From: a virus | Taxonomy: Duplodnaviria > Caudoviricetes | Reading direction: 5' to 3' (one strand) | IMG/VR virus record: IMGVR_UViG_3300020003_000008 | Coordinates: 1-35,553 of that record | DNA length: 35,553 bases | Part shown: piece after piece, positions 9,808 to 18,800 of the stretch | Numbering within the stretch: the first letter of the stretch is position 1 | Layout of the letters: every line of letters starts with the position of its first letter | Position numbers and translations under genes: made by a program | Notes under the pieces: generated by a model | Databases searched by the model: none | The model's input: only the letters and a program-made list of their open reading frames with translations | Told to the model about the DNA's origin: nothing

Positions 9808-10253
9808 GTGCGCTCCTTCGGGAACATCGCGTACCTGACGAAGTCCTGACCTTGGGGGCCGTACTTCACCATCCGGCTCTCGAACTCGAACCCGAACTTC
9901 TCGGCCCACTTCTGGCCGGCCCAGAAGTCGGCGATCACGTCGCACTGGATGCGCCTGACGCGGCCGGTGCCGACTATCAGGCGCAGACCGTCGCGGATGG
10001 CGCGCGTGATGGCGATCGGGTTCTTGCGGCCGACGTTCGTCAGGACCGCCCAGCCTTCGACCACGCTGCCGTCCGACCAGATGGGGATGACGCCGCCGCA
10101 GCCGGCCAGCTCGCCGTTGACGAAGAGGGAGTAGCAAGGGTGCGGGGCGAGGATGCCAGCAGAGCGGCGAGCGGCGACCGCGTCCACCTGGCCACGGGAG
10201 GCCTCGACGTAGTCGTCGGCGCGCATGAGGCGGATCTCGTTAGTCGTCGGCAA
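9804..10253 (-). CDS. GNAT-fold protein (T7 gp13-like position)
   Basis: LAGCGG...VEGWAV...RIQCDV...KWAEKFGFEFESRMVKYGPQGQDF matches the podovirus GNAT-like gene that follows tail tubular B. Confidence 0.8.
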   Translation of the reverse strand: MPTTNEIRLMRADDYVEASRGQVDAVAARRSAGILAPHPCYSLFVNGELAGCGGVIPIWSDGSVVEGWAVLTNVGRKNPIAITRAIRDGLRLIVGTGRVRRIQCDVIADFWAGQKWAEKFGFEFESRMVKYGPQGQDFVRYAMFPKERT

Positions 10254-12537
10254 CGGTGATGCCCCCGGTGACGCCGCTGATCGTGACGGGCTTGGCCTGG
10301 ACGCGCTGGATCGTGACGAGCGCGTCGCGCTCCCAGCCGAACTCGGTCTTGCGCTTCATGTCGCCGCTGAAGTAGTCGAGGGTGTCGGTGCCCTCGGGGT
10401 AATCCAGCACCTCGCCGTTGAGGAGGATGTTCCCCTTGGTGCCGTACACGCGCACGGTCAGCTCGTTCCACCGCTTGCGTCGGCCCTGCGACGTGCCGGT
10501 CTGTAGCGTCATCTCCGGCCGCACGGTGACCAGGGTCATGACCCACGGCAGGCCGATCTCGACCGACAGCGTGGTGGCGCCGGACGGGAGGACCACCTGG
10601 CCGCCGACGACTTCGAGGTTGAACTCGTCGCCGTTCGCGACGACGACGCGCACGATGCGGCCATCCAGGTGGCCGAGGCCCTCGAATGTGTCGGCCTCTT
10701 CGTCGCCGGTCCAGACCAGGCCAGCGTCGGTGTTCATCTGGCCGTCGAAGACTTCGAGGTAGTGGCGTTCCAGCTCGGCGTCGTCGGTCCAGTAGTCCTC
10801 GGCCCAGTAGTCGGCCGCCCAGTAGTCCTCGGCCCAGTACGGGCCGGCTACCGCGGTGCGGTTCGTGGCGATCCAGACCTCGTCGCCCGTGCCGCACGCG
10901 TTGGGGCACGCCGCCACAGACTCGACGGTGTCGTCGTCGCGGTCGACAAGGAACTGGTCCTCGGTGAGCTGCGCGAAGGACCAGGCGAGGACTTCCTGCT
11001 GGCGCTCGTAAGTGCAGATGTTCAGCACGCCGTCGGCGCGCAGCGCGAAGACCAGGGACTCGGGCGACTTACAGTTGGCGAACTCGACGATCTGCGAACG
11101 GAACAGTTGCTCGGCCAGGATCGAGATGTCCGGCGAGGTGAAGTTGTCCTCGGTGAGCGAGTACGCGAACTCGCGCACGCGCGTGGCGCCGCGCTGCAGG
11201 TAGATGTGCTGGCTGTCGACCTTCATGGCGTCGACGGTGTAGTCGGCGCCGTAGGAGGTGCGCTCGCGCGCCTTGATGTTGGACGGCGTGATCGGCGTGT
11301 CCGTCCCGCCGTCGACCGTCAGCTCGCCGGCCAGTGTGCCGAGGGCCAGGCCCATCGAGCTGCTGGGCTTCATCCACCGCACCTGGTTCACGCCGGACGT
11401 CGCTAGCTGGTACGAGACGGCCTGGTCGTCGAGCGCGCCGCGCCCTTGGTTCTCGTAATCGCCCGTCGCGGAGCCCCACAGGAAGTCGGGGAAGGTCGGG
11501 GAGCCGGACCACCACAGGCGCTGCTGGTGCAGACACGGCACGCCGGGGAAGCCGTTCTCGACCGACCAGGAGGCGGCCTCGACGGTCCACGAGCCGGCCA
11601 CCGCCGCCGTGACTTCGTCGAGCACGACCAGGATCTGGCCGCGCACCACCGTGGCCGAGGTGAACGTCACGATCTGAACGATGCCGTCGTGGAGGTACAC
11701 GTACTTGCCGACGTCGGTGGAGCGGAAGGCCGCCAGGCTCGACGTGAGCGTGATCTCCTTGAATCGGGGCGCCTTGGCCGAGGGGAGCAGCGTGCCGGCG
11801 TTCGCCGTCCCGTCCATGACCCAGTCGCCCTCGACGATGGGCCCCGTCGTGGAGAACGCGTCGAGGATCCGCACCTCGACCTCGGTGGCGCTGGTGAAGG
11901 TCGTGATCACCGCGCGGCCGGCGCCAGTGGCGAACTCCTTGATCTGGCGGCCGACGTCGCCCGCGGCGAACGAGTTGGCGGTGACGGTCGCGGTCGCCAC
12001 GCCCGGGGCGGTCGTCGTGAGGGTGAGGCTGCCGGGCGGCGTGACGTCAGGCTGGTACGTCGGGGGCGGGAAGAAGCTGATGTCGTGCAGCTCGAACGAC
12101 GTCTGCGAGGTGCGGATCAGCTTGGCCGGCGGGTGATCGGGGTGGCCGATGTAGAGGACGTCGGCCGACTGCTCGAACCGCAGCTCGCGCAGCTCCTCGA
12201 CGGTGTACGTGGTGGCCACCTCGACCGGCACGTCGAACGCATCGACCACCTGGGCGCGCTGCGTCCAGAACCGGATGTAGCCGAGGCCGAACTCGCACAT
12301 GTACGTCTGCTCGACCGAGAACTGGAACGGCACCAGGCGGACGCGCGAGTCGTGGAACTTCGCGTTGCCGACGAAGATCGTGCCCGCGCGCGACGACGCG
12401 CCGCCCTGCGGCAGCACCACGCCGTTCTTGAGGAAGCGGACGGCGTTCTGGTACTTCCCGAAGTCGACGCGCGCGTCGAGCTTCTCGGTGACCGAGCCGC
12501 TGGTGAAGTTCGTGTAGAATGGGTGAGCTGGGCTCAT
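10240..12537 (-). CDS. Tail tubular protein B (nozzle)
   Basis: Start ATG 12537; NFTSG...RVDFGKY...PQGGASSRAGT...RLVPFQFS...FEQSADVLYIGHPDHPP...GFPG...HQQRLWW motifs. Confidence 0.9.
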   Translation of the reverse strand: MSPAHPFYTNFTSGSVTEKLDARVDFGKYQNAVRFLKNGVVLPQGGASSRAGTIFVGNAKFHDSRVRLVPFQFSVEQTYMCEFGLGYIRFWTQRAQVVDAFDVPVEVATTYTVEELRELRFEQSADVLYIGHPDHPPAKLIRTSQTSFELHDISFFPPPTYQPDVTPPGSLTLTTTAPGVATATVTANSFAAGDVGRQIKEFATGAGRAVITTFTSATEVEVRILDAFSTTGPIVEGDWVMDGTANAGTLLPSAKAPRFKEITLTSSLAAFRSTDVGKYVYLHDGIVQIVTFTSATVVRGQILVVLDEVTAAVAGSWTVEAASWSVENGFPGVPCLHQQRLWWSGSPTFPDFLWGSATGDYENQGRGALDDQAVSYQLATSGVNQVRWMKPSSSMGLALGTLAGELTVDGGTDTPITPSNIKARERTSYGADYTVDAMKVDSQHIYLQRGATRVREFAYSLTEDNFTSPDISILAEQLFRSQIVEFANCKSPESLVFALRADGVLNICTYERQQEVLAWSFAQLTEDQFLVDRDDDTVESVAACPNACGTGDEVWIATNRTAVAGPYWAEDYWAADYWAEDYWTDDAELERHYLEVFDGQMNTDAGLVWTGDEEADTFEGLGHLDGRIVRVVVANGDEFNLEVVGGQVVLPSGATTLSVEIGLPWVMTLVTVRPEMTLQTGTSQGRRKRWNELTVRVYGTKGNILLNGEVLDYPEGTDTLDYFSGDMKRKTEFGWERDALVTIQRVQAKPVTISGVTGGITVADD
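10789..10839 (-). repeat. 15-bp tandem repeat encoding YWAED-YWAAD-YWAED-YW
   Basis: ccagtagtcctcggc / ccagtagtcggccgc / ccagtagtcctcggc / ccagta on the + strand. Confidence 0.9.
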
Positions 12538-12734
12538 GCGGTGCTCTCGACGTTGAAGTCGTACAGGTGGTCGTCGTCGCCCTCGATGCGCGCCGGAATG
12601 ACGCCGCGGTGCAGGAAGTCGCACATGATGCGGTTACCGTCGGACCAGCGCTCGCCGGTGAACGCCACCGTGTGGTGCGCGCAGATCTCGCCCTCGCCGC
12701 CGTACACCGCGATGCCGCACAGGGCGCAGATCAC
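12534..12734 (-). CDS. Small Cys/His-rich hypothetical protein
   Basis: CxxC...CxxH; 4-nt overlaps with both neighbours. Confidence 0.65.
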   Translation of the reverse strand: MICALCGIAVYGGEGEICAHHTVAFTGERWSDGNRIMCDFLHRGVIPARIEGDDDHLYDFNVESTA

Positions 12735-13318
12735 GCGCTGGGCGTCAGGGAGATGGCCGTGCGGTTCTTGCCGGAGTCCGTCGTCGCGGTGATCCGCGTG
12801 GCGGCGTTGTTGGGCGTCTTGAAGGTCAGGCCGCTGTTGGACGTCCGGCCGGCCAGGGCCGATAGGATGACCGAGAGGGCCTGCTGCAGCGTGATGGTGC
12901 CCTCGGTCTCGACGACGTCGTCGGTGATCGCGCCGGCCAGAGTGGCGTACGTCGGCAAGCCGATGAAGAGCGCGCTGTTGACCGTCACGGCGTCGGCCAC
13001 GCCGACAAGCACCCAGTCGGCGCCAGCGATGAGGGCCGCGTCCGGCACGTCCAGGCGATACAGGCCCGGCAGGTTCGTGGCGTCCAGTTCCTTCCAGCCG
13101 CCCGACGAGTAGGCCGAGTCGACGGCCGCTAGCGCGGACAGGGTGATCGCCACGCGGAGGCCGCCCTGGCGCAGGTAGGACGCGGACGTCAGGTCGGTGT
13201 GGGCGATGCCGGTGATGGGCGCGTTGGTGGTCGTCGCGCGCAGCTCGATGATGACGCTGACGGACGTGGCGCCGGCCTTGACGTTGCCGTCGCGTGCGGT
13301 GAGGAAGCGGTCAGCCAT
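12731..13318 (-). CDS. Hypothetical virion/tail-associated protein
   Basis: AGGAG SD; beta-rich, Thr/Ala-rich; GGWKELDATNLPGLYRLDVPDAA and C-terminal TLQQAL...ALAG...RITAT...NRT segments. Confidence 0.7.
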   Translation of the reverse strand: MADRFLTARDGNVKAGATSVSVIIELRATTTNAPITGIAHTDLTSASYLRQGGLRVAITLSALAAVDSAYSSGGWKELDATNLPGLYRLDVPDAALIAGADWVLVGVADAVTVNSALFIGLPTYATLAGAITDDVVETEGTITLQQALSVILSALAGRTSNSGLTFKTPNNAATRITATTDSGKNRTAISLTPSA

Positions 13319-13364
13319 GGGCGGGGGATCTCCTGATCTGCGAGTAGATTGAGGCGGGAATCAG

Positions 13365-14180
13365 CTAGCGGCAGTCGATCAGCGCGTTCGACTCGAACAC
13401 CTCGGGCGTACCCTCCTGGCCATCGAGGGCCTTGGCGCGGGCGAGCCGGTGCTCGTACAGCTTCGTGAAGTGTTCGGCCTTCGCGGCCTGGCCAGTGATA
13501 GGCTCGGCCATGGTGGCGGCGAGGTGCGTGGCGAGGGCGAGGATGAACGGCTGCGGGGCGAGCGTCAGGTCCGACTCCTGCCGCGAGTAGCGGCAGTTCA
13601 ACGAGTCCTGACTGACGACGATGAAGCCGCCCTCGGACTGGTACTCCTCGTTGTTCTCCAGCCGCCACACGCGAAGACAGTCGGTCGGGACCGCGATCGA
13701 GCGCGAGAAGCCCCACGCCGGGTAGGCGTAGTAGAGGCGCCAGGACTGGCTCGCGATGACGGCCAGGTCGGCGAACGCCTCGTTGATGGTGGCGGTGACG
13801 TGGGACGTGTCGGTGAAACCGGTGATCGTCGCCTTGCCGCGTGCCGCCTTGTTCACGATCTGCCTGCCGACGTCGGGCGTCGCGAAGGCGGCCACGCCGG
13901 ACGTGAAGACCACGCCGGTGGTGTCCACGACCGTGGCGCCGGCACCAGGCGTCAGCGTCGCGGCCGGCAGCGTGTAGGCGAGCAGCGTGGCGCGCTTCGT
14001 GTTGAAGTTCCACGGGTGCTCGCCCTCGGTCGCGTAGAGCGTCGTGAGCCAGAACTCGTTGGCGATGGCCGCGCGCCGCAGCGTCGCCGCCGTGAACTCA
14101 GCGGACGTGATGCTGTCGTCGCCCAGCATGCGCAGGGCCATGTTCACGACGTTGAAGGCCAGGATCGCGGAAGTTGCCAT
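13365..14180 (-). CDS. Tail tubular protein A (adaptor)
   Basis: VVNMALRMLG...HPWNFNTKRATL...PTDCLRV...FILALATHLA...ARAKALDGQEG; contains an internal beta-rich insertion. Confidence 0.88.
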   Translation of the reverse strand: MATSAILAFNVVNMALRMLGDDSITSAEFTAATLRRAAIANEFWLTTLYATEGEHPWNFNTKRATLLAYTLPAATLTPGAGATVVDTTGVVFTSGVAAFATPDVGRQIVNKAARGKATITGFTDTSHVTATINEAFADLAVIASQSWRLYYAYPAWGFSRSIAVPTDCLRVWRLENNEEYQSEGGFIVVSQDSLNCRYSRQESDLTLAPQPFILALATHLAATMAEPITGQAAKAEHFTKLYEHRLARAKALDGQEGTPEVFESNALIDCR

Positions 14181-14191
14181 GTGGGTCCTCT

Positions 14192-15547
14192 CTAGGGGCA
14201 GCCGCAGCGAAGGTGGAAGAAGACGTTATTTTCGGGCGTGTCTTCCGGCTCGCCGACCGCGGTGCCCATGAAAGTCCAGTGGGAGTTGGACGGGCCGCCG
14301 CCGTGCTGGATCGGGAACTCCCCGGACGGCACGGTCATGAAAAGCCTCGGCGCGCCGCCGTCGACTGTCGCGCCCGGCTGCGCCATCCACGTGTCGCAGA
14401 GGCATGGGAGCGGCACCGGGTCGGGCTCCGGCTCCGGGTCCGGCGGTGCCACAGGCGGCGGGCCGGGGTCGACGATGTCGTAGCCGGCCGGCGTCAAGCC
14501 GCGACCACAGAACACCGGCTTGAGCGGCGTCTGCGGGCCAGCGGGGGCACCGCCGGCGCCCGAGGTGTCCAGCGTCATCGCGGGGTCGACCGGCGTCGGG
14601 GTCACGAACGTCGGGGACGTCATCGCGCGACCGCAGCCGACGATGGCGGACAGCGACGCGGTCGCCAGCGAGTGCCACGCCTCGAACGGGAGCGGTAGCG
14701 CCAGGTCCAGCGAGAAACCCGCTGGCACGGCCGCCAACATGGTGGCGAAGGAGTCCCACTCGAACAGTTGCCACGGGTCCGCGTGGAGGCTCGCGATCTC
14801 GCCGGCCGACAGCGCGCGGCCGAACACGTAGTCCACGAACCGCTTGCCTGCCCACGCGTGGGTCAGGTTGTTCTCGATGTGGCCGACTTGGCCGTCGTCG
14901 ATCACCCACGTCCCAATAGACGCGTCGGCTACCGACCCGTCCTGCCGCCCGTCCAAGTACACCTTGAGGTTGTCGGTGGCGACGTCGCGTACGGCGGCGG
15001 AGGAACGGACGCGATTCGCGTCGATCGCGATCGTCGTCGCGCCAACCGCCAGGCCGAACGTGGGTGTCGTGCCGACGAAGAACTCCAGCACGCGGTTGCC
15101 GGAGCCGGCGACGGGGCCTACGTACAGGATCCAGAACTTGCCGGCGTTGCCGTGCTTGCCCAGGACCACGCGGTAGCGGTCTTCGTCGTCGTCGATCGTG
15201 AAGACCGAGAAGACGGTGAAGGACGACGTGTCGGTGAAGTTCAGATGGGCCCCGCCCGCCCACCTGGTGTACTGCGAGGCGGGCGAGGCGTCGCCAGCCG
15301 CGAGCGGCGTGTAGAATAGCCCGGCGCCCGTCGGCCCAGGCCGCCAGACATCGAACCCGCCGGAAGTCAGCGTGGCGCGCGTCCGGCCAGTGACGTCGTG
15401 CGCCGTGCCCGCCGCCTCGTTGTACGGGGCGGCGAACAGCAACCACGGCGCCAGCGGGTGCGTCGGGTTCACGCGCACGCGCACGCCCCAAGGTGGGCGC
15501 CCACCCGCGCGGCGGGCTCGCGGGAACGGCGCGTTACTGAGCTTCAA
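14192..15547 (-). CDS. LamG/concanavalin-A-like domain protein (putative receptor binding) with Pro/Cys-rich C-terminus; start uncertain
   Basis: VNPTHPLA N-terminus; SFTVF...VLGKH...LKVYLDG...GRALSAGEIASLHADPW LamG-type motifs. Confidence 0.75.
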   Translation of the reverse strand: MKLSNAPFPRARRAGGRPPWGVRVRVNPTHPLAPWLLFAAPYNEAAGTAHDVTGRTRATLTSGGFDVWRPGPTGAGLFYTPLAAGDASPASQYTRWAGGAHLNFTDTSSFTVFSVFTIDDDEDRYRVVLGKHGNAGKFWILYVGPVAGSGNRVLEFFVGTTPTFGLAVGATTIAIDANRVRSSAAVRDVATDNLKVYLDGRQDGSVADASIGTWVIDDGQVGHIENNLTHAWAGKRFVDYVFGRALSAGEIASLHADPWQLFEWDSFATMLAAVPAGFSLDLALPLPFEAWHSLATASLSAIVGCGRAMTSPTFVTPTPVDPAMTLDTSGAGGAPAGPQTPLKPVFCGRGLTPAGYDIVDPGPPPVAPPDPEPEPDPVPLPCLCDTWMAQPGATVDGGAPRLFMTVPSGEFPIQHGGGPSNSHWTFMGTAVGEPEDTPENNVFFHLRCGCP

Positions 15548-16013
15548 AGTTGTAGGTCCGGTAGCTCAGGACGTTGTCGCCGTTGTTGGCGGTGAGGCCG
15601 TCCACTCCCGCAAGGTCGACCCTGTTCAGTATGAGCGGCTTGAACTTCGTCGCGGGTAGCAGCACCCGACGCACGACCAGCCGCTGCGCGGTGGAGACGT
15701 TGCGGATCGCGAACGTGCCGACGAGTGTGTTCTGCAGCGCCTCGACGCTCGCGTCGCCGTCGGCGTAGACGGAGCCGTCAACCGCCGGAACGAAGTGCAG
15801 TTCGAGGTAGCCGCCAACCGCCCAGATCGAAGCACCGTGCCCGCCCAGCTTGAGGTCCCAGTCCGAGAACGTATGGCGGCCGCCGGTGTTGTCGATCTCG
15901 TCGCCGAGCACGCGCGCCCCGTTGGCCAGGCCCTTGAGCGTCGGCGCAGCCGCGTCGCCCGGGATCGCCGTGGTGAAGGTCCCCAACGCCGACCACTTCA
16001 GGACGTTCGCCAC
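15534..16013 (-). CDS. Hypothetical virion protein, paralog B
   Basis: MANVLKWSALGTFTTAI...YADGD...TKFKPL...NVLSYR; aligns end to end with the upstream gene. Confidence 0.8.
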   Translation of the reverse strand: MANVLKWSALGTFTTAIPGDAAAPTLKGLANGARVLGDEIDNTGGRHTFSDWDLKLGGHGASIWAVGGYLELHFVPAVDGSVYADGDASVEALQNTLVGTFAIRNVSTAQRLVVRRVLLPATKFKPLILNRVDLAGVDGLTANNGDNVLSYRTYNFEAQ

Positions 16014-16477
16014 TACTGGATCTCGGGGTTGTACGGCCGGTAGCTGAGGACGTTCTCGTTGTCGGTGTTGGTGAAGGCCTGGCCGCCGCGGTTGATGACG
16101 AGCGGCTTGAACTTCGTAGGCGGCAGCTCGATCCCGCGCAGCGCTAGGCGCTGCTGCGTGCTGACCGCGCGCAGGGGGAAGGTTCCCACCAGGGCGGAGG
16201 CGGCGGGCGCGACGGAGTCGTCACCGTCGGCGTAGTTGGTCCCGTCGACGGACTGGACGAAGTACAGCTCCACCCAGGTGCCGGCCGTGAAGGCCGACGC
16301 GCCGCGCACGTCCAGAACCCAGTCCGCGAGGACGTTTCGTGTGGCGGTCGCGTTGTCGATCTCGGCGCCCAGCTTCTGGGCGGCGTTCGCCAGGGCCTTG
16401 AGTGTCGGCGCCACTCCGGCGCCAGCGATGGCCGTCGTGAAGGTGCCGAGAGCGGACCACTTGATCGCGTTGGCCAT
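16013..16477 (-). CDS. Hypothetical virion protein, paralog A
   Basis: AAGGAG SD; MANAIKWSALGTFTTAI...YADGD...TKFKPL...NVLSYR. Confidence 0.85.
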   Translation of the reverse strand: MANAIKWSALGTFTTAIAGAGVAPTLKALANAAQKLGAEIDNATATRNVLADWVLDVRGASAFTAGTWVELYFVQSVDGTNYADGDDSVAPAASALVGTFPLRAVSTQQRLALRGIELPPTKFKPLVINRGGQAFTNTDNENVLSYRPYNPEIQ

Positions 16478-16486
16478 TACGTCTCC

Positions 16487-17500
16487 TTACAAGGGTGTCG
16501 AGAAGCTGAACTGCGGCGTGTACACGGCCAGGATGTCTGCCTGGCCCGGGGCCAGCGTCAGCTCCAACCACACGCTGACGTACTCGCCGGGGGCGACCGA
16601 GCCGCCGAGGTTCACGGGCTTCGCGGCGTCGTCGAACGTGTAGCCGGCCGGCGCGACCTGGCGGTTGTTCCCCACGCCGTTGTCGGACGCGGTGTTGGGC
16701 GCGTCGTCGACGTCGAACTTGATGTCCGCCCCCTCGGCCTCCGCGCCGTCGAACGATTCCGACAGCTCGACGTTGGTGACGGAGAGGCCGGACCCGCTCT
16801 GGTCGGAGTGGCGGTAGAGGATCTTCTGGTAGAACTTCCGCTCGGCCTGTACGGAGGAAGGCGCGAACGCGTCGTAGAACATTCGGACGACCGACATGAT
16901 CTCGCTCGGCTGGCGGTCGAAGACGAGCCCGTTCGCGAGGCGGAACGACGTCGCGCTGGTCGGCGGCGTCGTCCACTCGCGCGACACCGTCAGAACCTTG
17001 GTGGTGCCGTCGTACGCGACGCCGTAGGCGATCTCGCCGGTGCCGGGGCCGAAGGTGAGGCGGACGACCTGGCCGACGTACGCGGCGTCGACGGCGCTCG
17101 CGTCGACGTCGAGCTGCAGCGTGTCGGTGCCGGGGCCGGCGCCCTGCGCGATGCCCTCGCGGGTCGCGATGCGCGCTTCGAGGGCGACGTCGCCCGCGCA
17201 CGTGGCGCTCTTCATGGCCTTCATGATTCGGCCGATGCTGACGGCGCCGATCACGGGGGTCTGGCCAGTGAGCGTCTCTGGGGCGCCCTCGACGATCTCG
17301 TCGACGAAGTTGCGGTACGTCAGCGTGACGGTCTGCGTCGTGTCGGCCGCGCTCGCTGATACGATCTGGTAGCCGCCCTCGACGTCAGAGAAGTCGTGCT
17401 TCTTGGCCAGGTCGGGGGCGCCGCCGACCTGCGTGGCCACGTCGTCCTCGGGGGCGACCGCGGCCGCGTGGATCTTGATGTCGCCCAGGAGGACTGCCAC
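16487..17500 (-). CDS. Hypothetical beta-rich virion protein, 337 aa
   Basis: Long ORF in operon orientation with consistent GC3 bias; AYDGTTKVLTV...WTTPPTSATSF module. Confidence 0.75.
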   Translation of the reverse strand: MAVLLGDIKIHAAAVAPEDDVATQVGGAPDLAKKHDFSDVEGGYQIVSASAADTTQTVTLTYRNFVDEIVEGAPETLTGQTPVIGAVSIGRIMKAMKSATCAGDVALEARIATREGIAQGAGPGTDTLQLDVDASAVDAAYVGQVVRLTFGPGTGEIAYGVAYDGTTKVLTVSREWTTPPTSATSFRLANGLVFDRQPSEIMSVVRMFYDAFAPSSVQAERKFYQKILYRHSDQSGSGLSVTNVELSESFDGAEAEGADIKFDVDDAPNTASDNGVGNNRQVAPAGYTFDDAAKPVNLGGSVAPGEYVSVWLELTLAPGQADILAVYTPQFSFSTPL

Positions 17501-17501
17501 G

Positions 17502-17741
17502 CTACTCGGCCCAGCGCTTCTCGTTGCCGAACCGCTTGACTGCCCACTCGCGCCGCTCGGCCTGCAACAGGGCGGACTGCGTCAGGCGCTCGCCCGCGCG
17601 CTGGGAGGCGTGGCGGTTGAACTGGTCGTCGTAGGCCAGGCGCTCGTCGCGGTAGACTTCGTCCGCGCTGCGTTCGTGGCGCACTGTGCTCACCTCGACC
17701 ACGGAGTCGGAGGCGGCGTCGTACACGAATCGGCGGATCAT
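17502..17741 (-). CDS. Hypothetical protein
   Basis: ATGA overlap with the upstream gene; fills the gap in the operon exactly. Confidence 0.65.
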   Translation of the reverse strand: MIRRFVYDAASDSVVEVSTVRHERSADEVYRDERLAYDDQFNRHASQRAGERLTQSALLQAERREWAVKRFGNEKRWAE

Positions 17742-18082
17742 CCGAGCGTGATCTCGTCGCCGTTGATGGTGCTGGTCAGGATGTTGTTCGTGCCGGCGCT
17801 GAGCTGGAGGATTTCAGCCGCCTCCATCACGAGGTAGACGTAGAAGTCCTTCACAGACTCCCGCTCACCGGCGGCGGCCGCCGGGATCGAGAAGGCGCTC
17901 CACAGCCGCGTGCCGGCCGCGTCCGCGCCCACGGAGAGCGAGAACGTGACGGCCGAGCCCGAAGGGTTCTGGACGTGGATGTGGCGCACGACGGTCTTCG
18001 TGCCGGCCGGGACCGTGTACACCGTGGCGGGGCCGGTTGCGACGAGGGCGGGGCCAGCGAGGCGCTTCGGGGTGCGGGCCAT
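17738..18082 (-). CDS. Small beta-sandwich virion protein
   Basis: AGGAG SD; TVYTVPAGTKTVV...LVMEAAEILQ...INGDEI pattern common in podovirus virion accessory proteins. Confidence 0.8.
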   Translation of the reverse strand: MARTPKRLAGPALVATGPATVYTVPAGTKTVVRHIHVQNPSGSAVTFSLSVGADAAGTRLWSAFSIPAAAAGERESVKDFYVYLVMEAAEILQLSAGTNNILTSTINGDEITLG

Positions 18083-18094
18083 GGGATTCTCCTG

Positions 18095-18787
18095 TTAGAA
18101 AGCGTCGACTTCGAGCCAGAGGACGTTCACGACGAGGTTCCACGTCAGCGTGGCGGGCATGGCGATCCCAGACCGAATCGCGAAACCCTCCTGGTTGCCG
18201 AGGATCAGCGGCCAGCCGAGGCCGCCCTGGAACTCTCCGAGCAGGTTGGTCTGCTTGACGAGGGTCAGGTCCATGTCGCCCGCGGCCAAGTCGAAGTAGG
18301 TGCTGGTGCCGACCGCGCCGATGTCTTGCGAGTCTAGAGTCTTCGTGCCGAGACCAAGAACGGCGGTGGTCGCCATGCGTGCGCTGACGACTTCTGACGT
18401 GGCGTGTCCCGTGCGCATCTTCTGGTTGTTTCCGGTCAGGACCGCAGGCGTGCCGCCGGTGCCGTCCACGGTCCACGAGCGCGCCACGACCGCGCGAAGC
18501 TGCATGTTGATCGGACCCACGGCAACCGCCGGCGCCACGATGGCGCCCGCGCCTACGGAGATGCCGGTGACGATCGCGACGCGCGCGGCGCCGGTCACGT
18601 ACCGGAACTGGAACAGCTCCGCGTTGGCGCCGAGCGACGCAGCGATGGTGCCGGACGTCATACTGAGCCGGTACGCGCCGCCCGCGCCGATGGGGAACGG
18701 GCCAGCTACGACGTGCTGCGGCACGTACGCGACGTTGCCGACGCGCCCGATGTTGGCGGCTACTGTGGGGTCGTTGATGACGGCGAT
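18095..18787 (-). CDS. Hypothetical virion protein, probably initiated at a non-canonical ATC
   Basis: The frame stays open 63 nt upstream of the ORF-track GTG (18724); AGGGAGG SD lies 6 nt before ATC at 18787. Confidence 0.7.
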   Translation of the reverse strand: MAVINDPTVAANIGRVGNVAYVPQHVVAGPFPIGAGGAYRLSMTSGTIAASLGANAELFQFRYVTGAARVAIVTGISVGAGAIVAPAVAVGPINMQLRAVVARSWTVDGTGGTPAVLTGNNQKMRTGHATSEVVSARMATTAVLGLGTKTLDSQDIGAVGTSTYFDLAAGDMDLTLVKQTNLLGEFQGGLGWPLILGNQEGFAIRSGIAMPATLTWNLVVNVLWLEVDAF

Positions 18788-18800
18788 GGCGGGCCTCCCT

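Noticed and set aside
15534-16477. Paralog pair as DGR template/variable repeats (BPP-1-like phages carry DGRs)
   Set aside because: Differences are not adenine-specific, both copies are intact genes, and no reverse transcriptase is present in the window.
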